A stretch of DNA of 62,325 nucleotides, the filler included, from Chiloscyllium plagiosum (lineage: Eukaryota): NCBI RefSeq assembly GCF_004010195.1. It is 3 parts of one record of this genome, joined end to end, with 100 filler letters (N's around TTAATTAATTAA, not from the genome) between each part and the next. Parts side by side here need not be neighbours in the genome. Positions count along the whole stretch, not along the records: positions 1 to 27,777 come from NC_057717.1; positions 27,878 to 53,630 come from NC_057717.1; 1 more part is not named here. One strand, given 5' to 3'. Position 1 is the stretch's first letter, and each line of letters starts with the position of its first letter. Of this stretch, positions 24,367 through 37,409 are shown one piece after another. The notes under the pieces were generated by a model. It saw only the letters and a program-made list of their open reading frames with translations, ran no database searches and was not told the origin of the DNA. Position numbers and translations under genes: made by a program.

Positions 24367-26820
24367 TAGAAGGTTAAGAAACAGAACACCACAACTAGTA
24401 ATCTCTGGTTTACTTCCAGTCCCAATGTAAAATGAGGGAAGAACAGGGCAGATAAATCAATGTCTGAAGAGGTGGTGCAATGTGCAGGGATTCTGTTTCT
24501 AGGATCTTTGGGATCTCGTCTGGGACAGAAAAAGGCCTGTTCAAAAAGGGAAGGTTTCACCTGAACTGGGGAGTGACCTATATTCTGGTGGGTTGTATTT
24601 CGAGAGGCTGTGAACCCTTTGTTTTGGGGTGGGGGGAGGGTTGGGCTTTCCTATGTCACAGTGCAAATGGACAGAAAGATGAGGATGGTTCTGAATCAGA
24701 AAAGAGCAAGTAAACTAGAAAAGGTAGACAACAGCAATTCAGAGCCCACAGGAACTCTGAAGAATTAAACTGCATTTATTTCTATGTAGATAAGGCTGAT
24801 GAACTCAGGGTATGTGTGGCAACATCGAACTCACCTGTTAGAGCGATTACAGAAACGTAGCTGAGGCAAGGACAAGAAAGGCTGCCCAATGTTCTGGGTT
24901 TTAGATGTTATAGAAAGGATAGAAAGAGAGGCAAGAGAGGAGGGGGAGTAGCATTTTTATTGAGGAAGAGAGGAGGGTGGTTAGTATACAGAGTAACAGG
25001 TACCAGAGATTGAGTTACAGAGATGAGTATAGTCGAGCGGTATGGTGTGGTTCACAATTGTTTAACGAATACTGGAGAGTGAACTACAGACTGGATTCAA
25101 ACTGAAGAGTTTAGGGTGTTTAGACATGGAATCACAGATATTCAATTACTACTGTCCTTAGTATAGCTATTACTGGGGGACCAGTCAATGAAAATCTTTG
25201 GTTTGAAATGAGAAATAAGAAAGGGATGATCACATTGATGGGATTGGACTATAGGCTGCCCAGTAGTCAGAGGGAAATCGAAAAGAAAATATGTTGAGAT
25301 CGCAGATGTATGTCAGAATTTTAATGTTGTAATAGCAGGGGAGTTTAGTTTTCCTAATCCGGCGCCATTTAGATATGTGTGGTAAGGAGAGCTCAGAGCA
25401 TGTTGCTTCTGTCAGAGTGAAAGGCAAGGATGGTAAGATGAGGAAATAATAAATGAACAAAGGTATTGAGGTTCTAGTCAAGAATAAAAAAGAATCATAT
25501 ATTAGATACAGATAATTGGGCTTGAAAACTGGAAAGAGTATTGGGGCATTCTTAGAAAGAAATCGAGTGGGCAAAAAGTGATATGAGATAGCCCTGGCTG
25601 ATAATGTTCAGGATAATCCAAAAAGATTCTTCAAAGGCATTAAGAGCCATACAGTAACTGCAGAGAGAGCAAGATCCCTTAAAGATTAACAAGGTTATCT
25701 TTGTGTTAAACCTCAGGAGATTAATATTTTGCATCATTTTTTACTGTTGAGAAAGGAATGGAAACGAGAGCACTCTGGGAAATAAATATCAATGTTTTGG
25801 AAACAGGAATTACATTACAGAAGAGAAAGTGCTAAAGGTAGATAAATCTCTAAAACCTGAACAAATGATTCCCAGGACATGGTGGGACGTTAGGGGGGGG
25901 GGAATTGAGCAGCCCCCAGCAGAAATATTTATTTAATTTATAAACACAGATGAAATACCACTGGACTGGAGGGTGGTTAATATTGTGCCATTGTTTAAGA
26001 AGGGATGTAAGGAGAAGCCAGGGAACTATAGACCTATGAGCCTGACTTTGGGGGTTGTTAAGTTGTTGGAAGTTATTCTGAAAGATAGGATTTATATGCA
26101 TGTTGAGGACAGGGATTAAATAGCGATAATCAGCATAGTTTTGTGTGAGGAAATCCATGCCTCACAAATTTGAGTGCATTTTTTAAAGAAGTGACCAGAA
26201 AGTTTGAAGTGGGCAGAGGAGTAGATTTTGTTTACTTAACTACAGCAAAACCTTTGACAAGGCTCTGCATGGTACAGGGATCGGTATTGGATCCACTTTT
26301 GTTTGTCCAATTGGTGGTGAAGTGGTCAATGAAGGATGTTACCTTAGATTACAAAGAGATCTTGATCAATTGGGTCAATGGACTGAGGAGTGTCATTTGG
26401 AGTTTAATTTGGAATCGTGTGAGGGATTGCATTTTGGTAAAACAAACAAGGAGGGTAGGGCCCTGGGCAGTGTTGTAGAATAGAGAGGTCGTGGGGCTCA
26501 GGCACATCATTGTTTGAAATGTGCGTTCTAGGTAGACAGGGTGGTTAAGGTGTTTAGCATGCTTGCCTTCGTTGCTCAAACGATTGAATATAGCAGTTGG
26601 GATGTTATCCTAAGGTTTAACAGAGCGTGAGGGAGGCCTCCTCTGGATTAATGTGTGCAATTCTGAGTGGGCTGTTAGAGGAAGGATTAAACTGGTGAGA
26701 GCTCAGTAAAGATGACCAAAATTGTGCTGGGAACGGAGGGTTTGAGATATAAAAATAGAAATGCTAGAACTTTTCTCACTGGGAACATTGAGGATGGAGG
26801 GTTGACCTTATTGAGGTTTG

Positions 26821-26945
26821 AGGAGAAAGTGAGGTCTGCAGATGCTGGAGATCAAAGTTAAAACTTTATTGCTGGAACAGCACAGCAGGTCAGGCAGCAT
26901 CCAGGGAACAGGAGATTCGACGTTTCGGGCACAGGCCCTTCTTCC
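26821..26945 (-). mobile_element. Penelope-like terminal fragment, family 1, with 9-bp TSD
   Basis: TGAGGTTTG at 26812-26820 and 26946-26954; contains GGGC-CTGT-GCCC-GAAAC-GTC-GAAT, truncated at the CUGA box. Confidence 0.8.
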
Positions 26946-27194
26946 TGAGGTTTGTGCAACCATGAGGTGCATAGAGAAAGAAAATCATAAGGTCTTTTCC
27001 CTCAGATGGGGGAATATCAAAACGGGGGAGGGGGGGGAGGCATATTAAAAGGTGAGAGGAGAAAGATTTAAGAAAGAACATGAGGGGCAACGTTTTTACA
27101 CAGAGATTGGATTGTGTGTTGGAATGTTTGTGAGACTGCAAACTTGCCTGGGTGGGGTGTGTAAAATTGGGGTGGGAGGGCTGCAGTTTCAGGA

Positions 27195-27415
27195 TTGAAA
27201 GACAAAAGTCGGGAAGGAAAGAAAGAAATAGAGAGAGAGAGAGAGAAAGCAAAACAAGAAGAAAGAAAGCAAGAGAGTGGAAAAAAATCCACAAAGTTGA
27301 AAGAAGAAGTCAGAGAGGAAAAGGCAAACAGAAAGGAGTAAGAAAGAGAGAGACAGTGTGAAAGAGATTGAGGGGTAGGTGTGGAATGTGAGAGAGATAG
27401 AAACAGAGAAAATGA
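27195..27415 (+). repeat. GA-rich low-complexity tract
   Basis: (GA)n/(GAAA)n composition. Confidence 0.85.
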
Positions 27416-27777
27416 TGAATGCAGGTACAGTTACAATGTTTAAAAGGCAGAGAATCATCTAGATGTACAGCACAAAACCAGACCTTTCGGTCCAATTCGC
27501 CTATGCCAATCAGATACCCTAAATTAATCTTGCCCCATTTGGAAGCAATTGGCCCATATTCCTCTAAACTCTTCCAATTCATATAACCATTTACAGATGC
27601 ATTTTACGTGTTGTAATTGTACCAGCGTCCACCACTTCCTCTGGCAACTAATTCCATATACACACCACCCGCTGTGTGAAAAAGTTGCCCATTAGTTCGG
27701 TTTTAAATCTTTCCCCTCTCGCCTTAAGCCAATGTCCTCTTATTTTAACCTATCCATGCCCATCATGATTTTATGAA

Positions 27778-27877
27778 NNNNNNNNNNNNNNNNNNNNNNN
27801 NNNNNNNNNNNNNNNNNNNNNTTAATTAATTAANNNNNNNNNNNNNNNNNNNNNNNNNNNNNNNNNNNNNNNNNNNN
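27778..27877. other. Artificial scaffold join: 44 N + TTAATTAATTAA + 44 N
   Basis: Exactly 100 bp; an identical structure occurs at 53631-53730. Confidence 0.95.
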
Positions 27878-29118
27878 ACCACCAATCTCTGTCTTCTACC
27901 TTTGAGCCAGTTCTGTATCCAAATGGCTAGTTCTCCCTGTATTCCATGAGATCTAACCTTGCTAATCAGTCTCCCATGGGGAACCTCGTCGGAAGCCTTA
28001 CTGAAGTCCATATAGATCACATCTACTGCTCTGCCCTCATTAATCCTCTTTGTTACTTCTTCAAAAAACTCAATCAAGTTTGTGAGACATGATTTCCAAC
28101 GCACAAAGCCATGTTGACTATCCCTAATTGGTCCTTGCCTTTCCAAATATATGTACATCCTGTCCCTCAGGGTTCCCTCCTACAACTTGCCCACCACTGC
28201 GGTCAGGTTCACCAGTATCTATTTTTCTGGCTTGTCTTTACCGCCCTTCTTTAACAGTGGCACTACCAGTCTTTTGGCACGTCATCTGTGACTATCAATG
28301 ATACAAGTACCTCAGCAAGAGGCCCAGCAATCAATTCTCTGGCTTCCGACAGATTTCTTGGGTACACCTGAGCAAGTCCTGGGGATTTATCCATCTTTAC
28401 CCGTTTCAAGACATCCAGCACTTAATCTTCTGTAATCGAGACATTTTGCAAGATGCCACCATCTATTTCCTATATCTTCCAAATCCTTTACCACAGTAAA
28501 TACTGATGCAAAATATTTATTAAGTATCTCCCGTATTTTCTGTGGCTCCACACAAAGGCCGCCTTGCTGATCTTTGAGGGGCCCTATTCTCTCCCTATTT
28601 ACCCTTTTGTCCTTAATATATTTGTACAAACCCTTTGGATGCTCCTTAATTCTATTTCCCAAGCTGTCTCATGTCCCCTCTTTGCCCTCCTGATTGCCCT
28701 CTTAAGTATTTGGATTCTCCTTAATTCTATTTGCCAAAGCTGTCTCATGTCCCCTTTTTGCCCTCCTGATTGCCCTCTTAAGTATTCTCCTACTTTCTTT
28801 ATACTCTACTAAAGATTCACTTGATCTATCCTGTCATATGCTTCCTTCTTTTTCATAACCAAAGTCTCAATGTCCAGCATCCCCTATACCTACCAGCCTT
28901 TCCTTTCACCCTGACAGGAATATACTTTCTCTGGATTCTTGTTATCTAATTTCTGAAGGCCATCCCTTCCAGCCATCCCTTTACCTGTGAAATCTGCCTC
29001 CAATCAGCATTCGAAAGCTCTTGCCTAATACCGTCAAAATTGGCCTTTCTCCAATTGAGAACTTCAACTTTTAAATCTGGTCTATCCTTTTCCATCACTA
29101 TTTTAAAACGAATATAAT
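27878..29118 (-). mobile_element. CR1 LINE ORF2 fragment
   Basis: DSQHGFVRWKSCLTNLIEFFEEVTKRINEGRAVDVIYMDFSKASDEVPHGRL; includes a ~75-bp tandem duplication at ~28636-28787. Confidence 0.92.
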
Positions 29119-29189
29119 TATTGTCGCTCTATCTCTCTGTCTGCCTCTCGGTCTGTCTCTCTCTCTCGCTCCACTTTACCCCCGACACT

Positions 29190-29360
29190 AATAACATTGC
29201 ACCCACCCCTCCCACCCTCCTTCCCTCCCTTTCTCCCATTCCAGGAGAAACAGCCTGGAATAGGACAGGAAGGGCCTATCCGGGTGGTGTAGTGCCCGAT
29301 ATCCATTCCCTCACCCCCTCTCCCTGCCATGTGGGGAGGACCCTGGTACGAGCAAGAGAA
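29190..29360 (+). mobile_element. Harbinger Myb/SANT-like gene fragment (intron end plus exon 2)
   Basis: Polypyrimidine tract and CAG at 29244, then TAWNRTGRAYPGGVVPDIHSLTP; paralogous to 46735-46920. Confidence 0.65.
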
Positions 29361-29699
29361 ATACTGATAGACACTCCATGTCTGTCTTAGTTTCTGTGTA
29401 TTAGTGAGTGTCTATAAGTCACTGTATCACTGTGTGCCTATCTGTGTGTATCAATGTAGAGCGAGTCTGGCAGTCTCTATGGTGTTTAAAGTGATGTAAT
29501 ATCCCCCTGACACGAGATCCGTGGAAGGGTCCTTTCATTTCTGTCCACAGATGATGCTGTCAGACCTGCTGAGCTTTCTGTCGCTGTCAGTCTCTGCTGG
29601 CCTCCCCACACCTCTGTACAGTAGGGGTGTAGGGTGAAAATCCTCAGGGATTCAGTTTGAGAGGGACAGAGGGAGGGCAGCATCTCACAGCACCATCAA

Positions 29700-29788
29700 C
29701 ACACACATACACACAGACACACACACACAGACACACACAGACACAGACACACAAACAGACACACACACAGACGCACACACAGAGACAC
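29700..29788 (+). repeat. (CA)n/(CAGA)n microsatellite
   Basis: Direct reading. Confidence 0.95.
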
Positions 29789-29944
29789 TCTGAACGCTCG
29801 CCTGTCTCTGTGTTAGTGTTTTTGCTGCTGTTTATCTGGTATTTACTGTCTATGCTACTTAACTCTGTGATCGGCCTGGATTGCTCACAAGACAAAGTGT
29901 GTCACTGTGCCTCGGCACACCAGATAAGAAATCCAATTCAAGGA

Positions 29945-31350
29945 AGTCTTGAAAAGTACTCCAGTTCAGACAGAGTGTGGCAGGTGAATATGCTCAAAAG
30001 ATATTTCGACAGGAGAGGAACGCTAATGGAGACTGTCTTACTGGTTCCAACACAGAGGGGAGAACCAAGTGCAGTCGATTCTGAAGTGGACGCCGCTCGA
30101 ATTAAATTGGACAACGAGGAAGTTTGGGTAGATCGCTGAATTACATTCCAGAGCACCATGTAAGTGAGTTGAAAGAGTCATTACAATCACACGAGGAGGT
30201 ACGTGGAAAGCACGAATCTAATTACGCAAGACGGAGCTCTAGGAAATGCTGTTGCAGTTAAGCCACAGCCTTATAGACTCAACCCTCCCAAACACAGAAC
30301 GCTGCAGGCCGTTCGGCGCTCGAAGTTGCGCTGACCTTTCATCCTGCTCCCACGCACCCTCCATTTTGCTCTCATCAAAGCAGGCACCGGTTCGAAAAGA
30401 GATCGAACGGCCGCTCAAAGACGACATCATCCAAGTGAGTTGCTGCGACTGGACCTCACCCGGAGCAAGGGCGCCAAAGGCAGACAGGGGCCAACGGTTG
30501 TGTGGGAGGACTAGCGCAAGGGGCAATGCAGTTGCAAAGCCTGATGGGCGTCCGATTCCACATTCGCGCTGAGAAGGCGGGACAAGCCACTCACTCAGAG
30601 GGGTCCTGGCGTGTACCTTTACCTGAAGTGAGACCACCAAGCCCTGGGATTGGGTCTGAGGTTTGCACTCGGGGAATGTCTCCGAGGGAATTTCCTCTCA
30701 GGGTCCGGATTTGGGACAATCGCACAGGACTGTAAGAACGCATTTGACGGCCCGAAAGCCGAGACTGTCCCCCTGGCCCCAGTGTTAGCCACGCTCCCCG
30801 TGAGGTGGAAGTGGCTATCGATGGGTGTGAATGGGGTTGGGGGAGTGAGGGAATGGTTGGGGGGGGGGGTTGGGGATGGAGGTGGCGTCGGTGCTTGCAG
30901 CGAGACAACGAGAGTGTGGAAAGACCTGCCGGGTCCTCGCAGACGTACGCCACAATCGAGGAGCATTCCACCGTCGGTGATGCGTCTCAGGGCAGAAGTG
31001 GGGGCAGTGTAGATGCTGGAAAAGCGCAGCATCCCGAGGAGCAGAGAGAATCGGGGGGGGTGGAGTGGGGAACCCTTCATCGGGAGCCAGACGGCCGCGT
31101 CTGGCAGCCATTAGCTTTAGGTTTAACAAACTCAGCTTCTTCAGGTGGAGTTTACTACAGCAGCCGTACGATTTGAAAATTACCCGCGTGCGGTGGGGGA
31201 GGGGGGGCAGGAGACGAGAAAACATGGCTGCCGACGCCCGGTGGAAGAAATTCGGAGGCGTTCAAGTCGCGGGAGTGAGCAGACCGAAGCAGAATACGGC
31301 CTCTTCTGCTTTGTGTGTTTTGAAGGGGTGGTGGTGGGGAGGGGGGGGGG
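29945..31350 (+). mobile_element. Gmr1-like Gypsy pol remnant (post-integrase linker, RT N-terminus, RNase H), CpG-enriched
   Basis: RVWQVNMLKRYFDR; KPQPYRLNP; VRKEIERPLKDDIIQVSCCDWTSP..PKADRGQRLC; GSWRVPL; DCKNAFDG.KA..APVLAT; KVAIDG; FRWSLLQQPYDLKI; RENMAADA. Confidence 0.85.
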
Positions 31351-31840
31351 GATGCGAAAATGCCGTCGCTTTAAAAAGGGTTATTTATTCCTGTTTTATT
31401 TTCTCTCTCTCTCTCTCTCTCCGAAGAGAGGTTGCGAAGGCAGAGGCGTGGAGTTAACAACTCGCGTGAGAAGCAGTTGAAACAGCCTGGATGGGTAGGG
31501 CCTACTCTCGCAGGAACAGATCTCCGAATCGGTGACTCCTCCGAGGGTCAGGTCGCGGCAGAGTCGGAAACGTCGGGGAATGTCTTCTCTCAGAGTCCGG
31601 ATTTGGGGAATTGTACGCGGGACTCGGCGTCTGAAATTTGCCGGTAGGTTCTGGGGTGTGGCTGTATCGGAACAGTTAATTAGTAACGGGTATCGTATCT
31701 ATTACACGGTCCCGTTTCCCAATGGCCTTGTCACTCGAACGTCTTCTTTGTAGGCTTGTATTTTAACACGTCAGCTCAAAGGGAGGGTTCGTGTGACGTC
31801 CTCGAAATATTTTGGGGGGGCGTCTGATTAGCTCCATAAC
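31351..31840 (+). mobile_element. 3' LTR of the CpG-enriched Gypsy element
   Basis: Follows a G-rich purine tract. Start (TTTAAAAAGGGTTATTT..GAAGAGAGGTT) and end (AAATATTTTGGGGGG..CTCCATAAC) resemble the LTR at 17432-18020. Confidence 0.65.
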
Positions 31841-31844
31841 TAGA

Positions 31845-32440
31845 GGCACACGCAAAACTGCACACGTGCCCAGCAGAGTATACAGATTAATGTACACGCA
31901 CGCTAAATACAGACATGCATAAACACACACACAGAGGAATACACACATACAGATTACACACGCACACTCACAGACACACACACAGAAATACACACATACA
32001 GACACACACACACAGAGGCAGAGACACACACAATGACTCACAAACAAACACTTACTCACACACAGATACACAGAGGCACAGACACTAGTGTCATTCAGAC
32101 ACAATTCGATATGTTTTTGATTTGTAAGGGGATCAAAGATTCTAGAGAAAAGGCAGAAGAATGAGGTCGAGGTACATATAAGAAATTATTGAACGGCATT
32201 TCGGACTCGATAGGCTGAATGGTCTCAATCTGCTCATTTCCTTAATGCTCNNNNNNNNNNNNNNNNNNNNNNNNNNNNNNNNNNNNNNNNNNNNNNNNNN
32301 NCTAACACACACCTACACTCACAGCCACACAGAGACTTGCACACACACAGAAGAACATACATACACACAGCGGAACACACACAGACATACAGACACATAG
32401 GCACACACATTGACACACACACGCGCACGTACACACACAT
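31845..32440 (+). repeat. Degenerate (CA)n tracts with a short CR1 tail fragment and a 51-N gap
   Basis: Direct reading. Confidence 0.8.
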
Positions 32441-33024
32441 CCTATAAAATGCAATGTTTAGTGACTTACCATTACAAATAATCTTACATATAAGAAAGGA
32501 TTGAAAAGTCCTAAAACACACCAGCAGAGCATGGCATTGTATTACTTTCAGCAAAAGGGGGAGAGGAGAGGGAGAAAGGGAGGCTTTGAACCCCATTCAA
32601 TGATTCACCCCAAAACAAAACAGTTCCCATTGCACATAGATGCAGAGATGGAGATATAAATATGCATACACACACTAATGCAGAACACACAGAGAGATAG
32701 ATACACATATAAACGCACACAAATCGGCAAGCACGGACAGATATTTGCAGATACAAACTTGGACATACGAAGACACATGGAACCATAGAGTTATACAAGG
32801 GGTTTGAAAACAGGCATATCAGCCCATACACTCAATGCTAACGATAATTTCAAACTAAACCAGTCCCATGTTCCTGCGCTTGGTCCATATTTTTACAAAC
32901 CTTCTCTTATTCTTGTACTTAATAAAATGTATTTTAAACACTGTAACAAACCACATGTATCACTTCTGAGGACGTTCATGCCATACACGAAACAAACGAT
33001 GTATAATAATGTACTTCATAGGTC

Positions 33025-36000
33025 CTGATCAGGTATACACAAGAACTCTGTGGGAAGCTCGAGAAGTGATTGTTAGAAATCGTGATGAGATGTTCTTATC
33101 ATCAATAGGTGAGGAGCTGGAAGACATGAGGCTGACTAATGTGGTGCCTTTAATATAAAAGCTGGCAAGGAAAAGCCAGGAAACTAGAGAGTACTGAGCC
33201 TGACATCGATGCTGGGCAAGTTGTTGGAGAGAATCCTAACGACAGGATTTACATGTATGTGGAAAGGCAAGGACTGATAAAGGAGTCAACATGGCTTTGT
33301 GCATGGGAGATCATGTCTCACGAACTGGATTACTTTTTCTTGAAGAAGTAACAGAAAACATATGAATATATATGAATGCATGACGCATTAGAAATAAGAT
33401 GGATGAGCTTGAGGCTCATTTGGAAATTGGCAGCTACGATGTTGTGGGGATAATGGAAACGTGGCTTCAAGTGGACAGGGCCTGAGAAATGAATATTCAA
33501 GGCTATACGTGCTATCGTAAGGACAGACTGACTGGCAGAGGGGGTGGGGTGGCCCAGTTAATAAGGAATGATATCCAGATCATTGGGCGGGGGGACCTAG
33601 AATCAGGGGATGTAGAGTCAGTATGGATAGAGCTGAGAAATTCTAACGGTATAAACACCCTCATGGGAGTTATCTACAGGCCCCCGAACAGTAGTCTGAA
33701 TGTAGTGTGTAAGTTGAACAAGGAGCTGAAATTGGCCTGTCGCAAAGATATTACTACAGTTGTTATGGGGGAGTTCAACATACAGGTAGACTGGGATAAT
33801 CAGGAGTTTGTGGAGTGCCTCCGAGATGGATTCTTAAAACAGCTGGTGCTGGAGCCTACCAGGGAGAAGGCAATTCTGGATCTGGTGTTTTGCACAACGA
33901 ACCGGATTTGATCAGGGACTTTGAAGTGAAGGAGCCATTAGGAGGTAGTGACCATAATACAATAAGCTTTAATCTGCAATTTGAACGGGAGAGGGTACAA
34001 TCGGGAGTGACAATATTTCAGTTGAATAAAAGGAACTATGGAGCTAGGAGGGAGGAGCTGGCCAAAGTTCAATGGTGCAATACCTTAGCAGGGATGGCAG
34101 TGGAGCAACAATGGCAGGTATTTCTGGGTATAATGCAGAAGATACACGATGAGTTCATTCCAAAAAGGATGAAAGATCCTAAGAGCAGGCAAGGGTGGCC
34201 ACGGCTGACGAGGGAAGTTAAGAAACATATAAAGTCAAAAGAGAAAAAATATAACATAGCAAAGATGAGTGGGAAAACGGAGGACTGGGAAGCTTTTAAA
34301 GAATAACAGAGGATAACTAAGAAGGAAATGCGCAGAGAAAAAATGAGGTACGAAGGTAAACTGGCCAAAAATATAAAGGAGGAGAGGAAAAGCTTTTTTA
34401 GGTATGTGAAAGGAAAAAAATGGTTAAGACTAAAATTGGGCCCTTGCAGCCAGAAACGGGAGAATATATTACGGGGAACAAAGAAACGGCAGAAGAGCTG
34501 AATTGGTACTTCAGATCTGTGTTCACTGGGGAAGACACACGCAATCTCCCAGAGATAATAGTGACTGAATGACCTGAACTGAAGGGAATTTATATTTGCC
34601 AGGAATTGGTGTTGGAGAGACTGTTAGGTCTGAAGGCTGATAAGTCCCCGGTACCTGATGGTCTACATCCTAGGGTACTGAAGGAGGTGGCTCTAGAAAT
34701 CGTGGATGCATTCGTGATCATTTTCCAATGTTCTATAGAGTCAGGATCAGTTCCCCTACGGATTGGAGGGTGGTTAATGTTGTCCCACTTTTTAAGAAAG
34801 GAGGGAGAGAGAAAGGAGGGAATTATAGACCAGTTAGTCTGACCTCAGTGAGGAAAGATGCTGGAGTCAATTATAAAGGATGAAATTACGACACATCTGG
34901 ATAATAGTAACAGGATGGGTCAGAGACAGCATGGATTTAAAAAGGGGAAAATTTGCTTGACTAATCTTCTGGAATTTATTGAGTATGTAACTCTGAAGAT
35001 GGACAAGGGAGATCCAGTGGATGTAGTGTGCCTGGACTTTCAAAAGCCTTTGATAAAGTCCCACATAGGAGGTTAGTGAGCAAAATAAGGGCGCATGGTA
35101 TTGGGGGCAAAATACTGACTTGGATTGAAAATTGGTTGGCTGACAGGAAACAAAGAGTAGTGATAAATGGCTCCCCTTTTGAATGGCAGGCGGTGACCGT
35201 TGGGGTACCGCAGGGATCAGTGCTGGGACCGCAGCTTTTTACAATGTATATTAATGATATAGATGATGGTATTAAAAGTACTATTAGCAAATTTGCTGAT
35301 GATACAAAGCTGGGTGGCAGGGTGAAATGTGGGGGGGTGACCTGGACAGTCTAGGTGAGTAGATAGATGCATGGCAGATGCAGTTTAATGTGGATAAATA
35401 TGTGGTTATCCACTTTGGTGGCAAGAACAGGAAGGCAGATTACTACTTAAATAGAGTCAAGTTAGGTAAAGGGGCAGTACAACGAGATCTAGGCGTTCTT
35501 GTACATCAGTCAATGAAAGTAAGCATGTAGGTACAGCAGGCATTGAAGAAAGCTAATAGCATGCTGGCCTTCATAACAAGTGGAATTGAGTATAGAAGCA
35601 AAGAGGTTCTTCTTCAGCTCTACAGGGCCCTGGTGAGACCACACCTGGAGGACCACACCTCCAAATTTGAGGAAAGATATTTTGGCTATTGAGGGAGTGC
35701 AGCGGAGGTTCACAAAGACAATTCCCGGGATGGCGAGACTATCTTACATTGAAAGATTGGAGCAACTGGGCTTGTCTCGCCTTGAGTTTAGAAGGCTAAG
35801 CGGGGATCTGATTAAGACGTATAAGTTTATTAAAGGATTGGACACTCTGGAGGCAGGAAGCATGTTTTCGCTGATGGGTGAGTCACGGACCAGAGGACAA
35901 GTTTAAAAATAAGGGGTAGGCCATTTAGAACAGAGTTGCGAAGAAACTCCTTCACCCAGAGAGTGGTTGGTGTATGGAATGCTCTGCCCCAGAAGGCTGT

Positions 36001-37400
36001 GGAGGCCAAGGTCTCTGGATACTTTCAAAAAAGAGTTGGATAGAGCTCTTAAGGATTGTGGAATCAAGGGTTATGGTGATAAGGCAGGAACAGGATACGA
36101 TTGAAGATGATCAGCCATGATCATAATGAATGGTGGTGCTGGCTTTAAGGGCAAAATGGCCTACTCCTGCACCTATTGTCTATTGTCTATTGTCATTGAT
36201 GAGGGCAGAGCAGCGGACGTGATCTACATTGACTTTAGTAAGGCATTCGACAAGGTTTCCCATGGGAGACTGGTTAGCAAGGTGAGATCTCATGGAATAC
36301 CAGGAGAACTAGCCATTTGGATATAGAACTGGCTCAAAGTTAGAATACAGAGGATGGTGGTTTCGGGCTATTTTTCAGACTGGAGGCCTGTGACCAGTGG
36401 TGTGCCACAAAGTTTTATGCTAGTTCCACTGTTGTTCATCATTTACATAAATGATTTGGATGTGAACACAGGAGGTATGGTTAGTAAGTTCATATTTGAC
36501 ACCAAAATTGAAGGTGCAGTGGACAGAGAAAATGATTACCACAGAATATAACGAGATCTTGATCAGATGGACCAATGGGCTGAAGAGTTGCAGATGGAGT
36601 TTAATTTAGATAAATGTGAAGTGCTGCATTTTGGAAAGGAAAAAAAAGGCTTGACTTCTCCATTTAATGTTAATTCCCTGGGGAGTGTTGCTAAACAAAG
36701 ATACCTTGGAGTGAAGGTTCATAGTACTTTGAAAGCGGAGTCGCAGGTATATAGGATAGTGAAGCAGATGTTTGATTTTCTTGTCGTTGGTGGACAGTGC
36801 ATTGAATGTAGGAGTTGGAAGATCATATTGCGGCTGCACAGGACATTGCTTAGGCCACTATTGCACACTTCGTGCAATTACGGTCTCACTCTTCGAGAAA
36901 GGATGTGTGAAACCTGAAAGAATTCAGAAAAAATTTACAAAGATATTGCCAGGGTTGGATGTTTTGAGATTTATTGAGAGGCTGAATATGTCAGGGTTAT
37001 TTTCTCTAGAGCATCAGCGGTTGAGAGGTGATCATCGACGTTTATATACTCACAAATGGAACGGATAGTGTCAATAGCCAAAGTCTTTTTCCCCAGTGTA
37101 GCACATTCCAAAGCTAGAGAACACAGATTGAAGTTCAGAGGGGAAGGACTTATAAGGGATCTAAGGGGCAGCGTTTTCAAAGAGAGGGTGCTTTATATGT
37201 AACTAGCTGCTTGAGGAAGTTGTGGAGGTGGGACAAGTACAACTTTTAAAAGGCATCTGGATGGGCACATGAATAGGAAATGGTTCGTGGGATATGGGCC
37301 AAATGCGGGCAAATGGACCCACATTAATGTGGGACACCTGCTCAGTAGGGACGAATCGGACAGAAGGGTCTGTTTCCATGCTGGACAGCTCTATGACACT
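33025..37400 (+). mobile_element. Older CR1 LINE split by a younger CR1 insertion
   Basis: Reads ..EEVT at ~33343-33354 and resumes IDEGRAADVIYIDFSKAFDKVSHGRL at 36195; continues to a 3' tail at ~37400. Confidence 0.85.
33356..36194 (+). mobile_element. Relatively young CR1 LINE, almost complete ORF2 (frameshifted)
   Basis: Endonuclease NIQGYTCYRKDR..GGGVA and GGSDHN; RT GVPQGSVLGPQLFTMYIND..SKFADDTKLGG; ends in (TATTGTC)3. Confidence 0.95.
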
Positions 37401-37409
37401 ATGTCTTCT

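Larger units (their letters stand above)
24100..27135 (+). mobile_element. Long decayed CR1 LINE (ORF1 remnant plus ORF2) with nested PLE fragments
   Basis: SNRYSIL (ORF1), RCYRKDRKRGKRGGGVAF (endonuclease), QGSVLDPLLF (RT), RGNVFTQR at the 3' end. Confidence 0.85.

Noticed and set aside
27822..27833. TTAATTAATTAA palindrome (also at 53675-53686)
   Set aside because: Centred in 44+44 N; an artificial six-frame-stop scaffold spacer.
30615..30780. U1 snRNA-like words (TTACCTG, TTGCACTC, CCCCTG)
   Set aside because: No stem-loop I or proper Sm site; the flanks translate as Gypsy RT (WRVPL) and RNase H-connection (DCKNAFD..APVLAT).
31219..31234. YY1-like motif AAACATGGCTGCCG
   Set aside because: Coincides with the RNase H ENVIADA codons, so it is not independent evidence of a promoter.
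30239..31753. Cluster of overlapping 100-150-aa ORFs suggesting a gene or rDNA
   Set aside because: Explained by high GC and Gypsy pol remnants; no rRNA motifs recognised.
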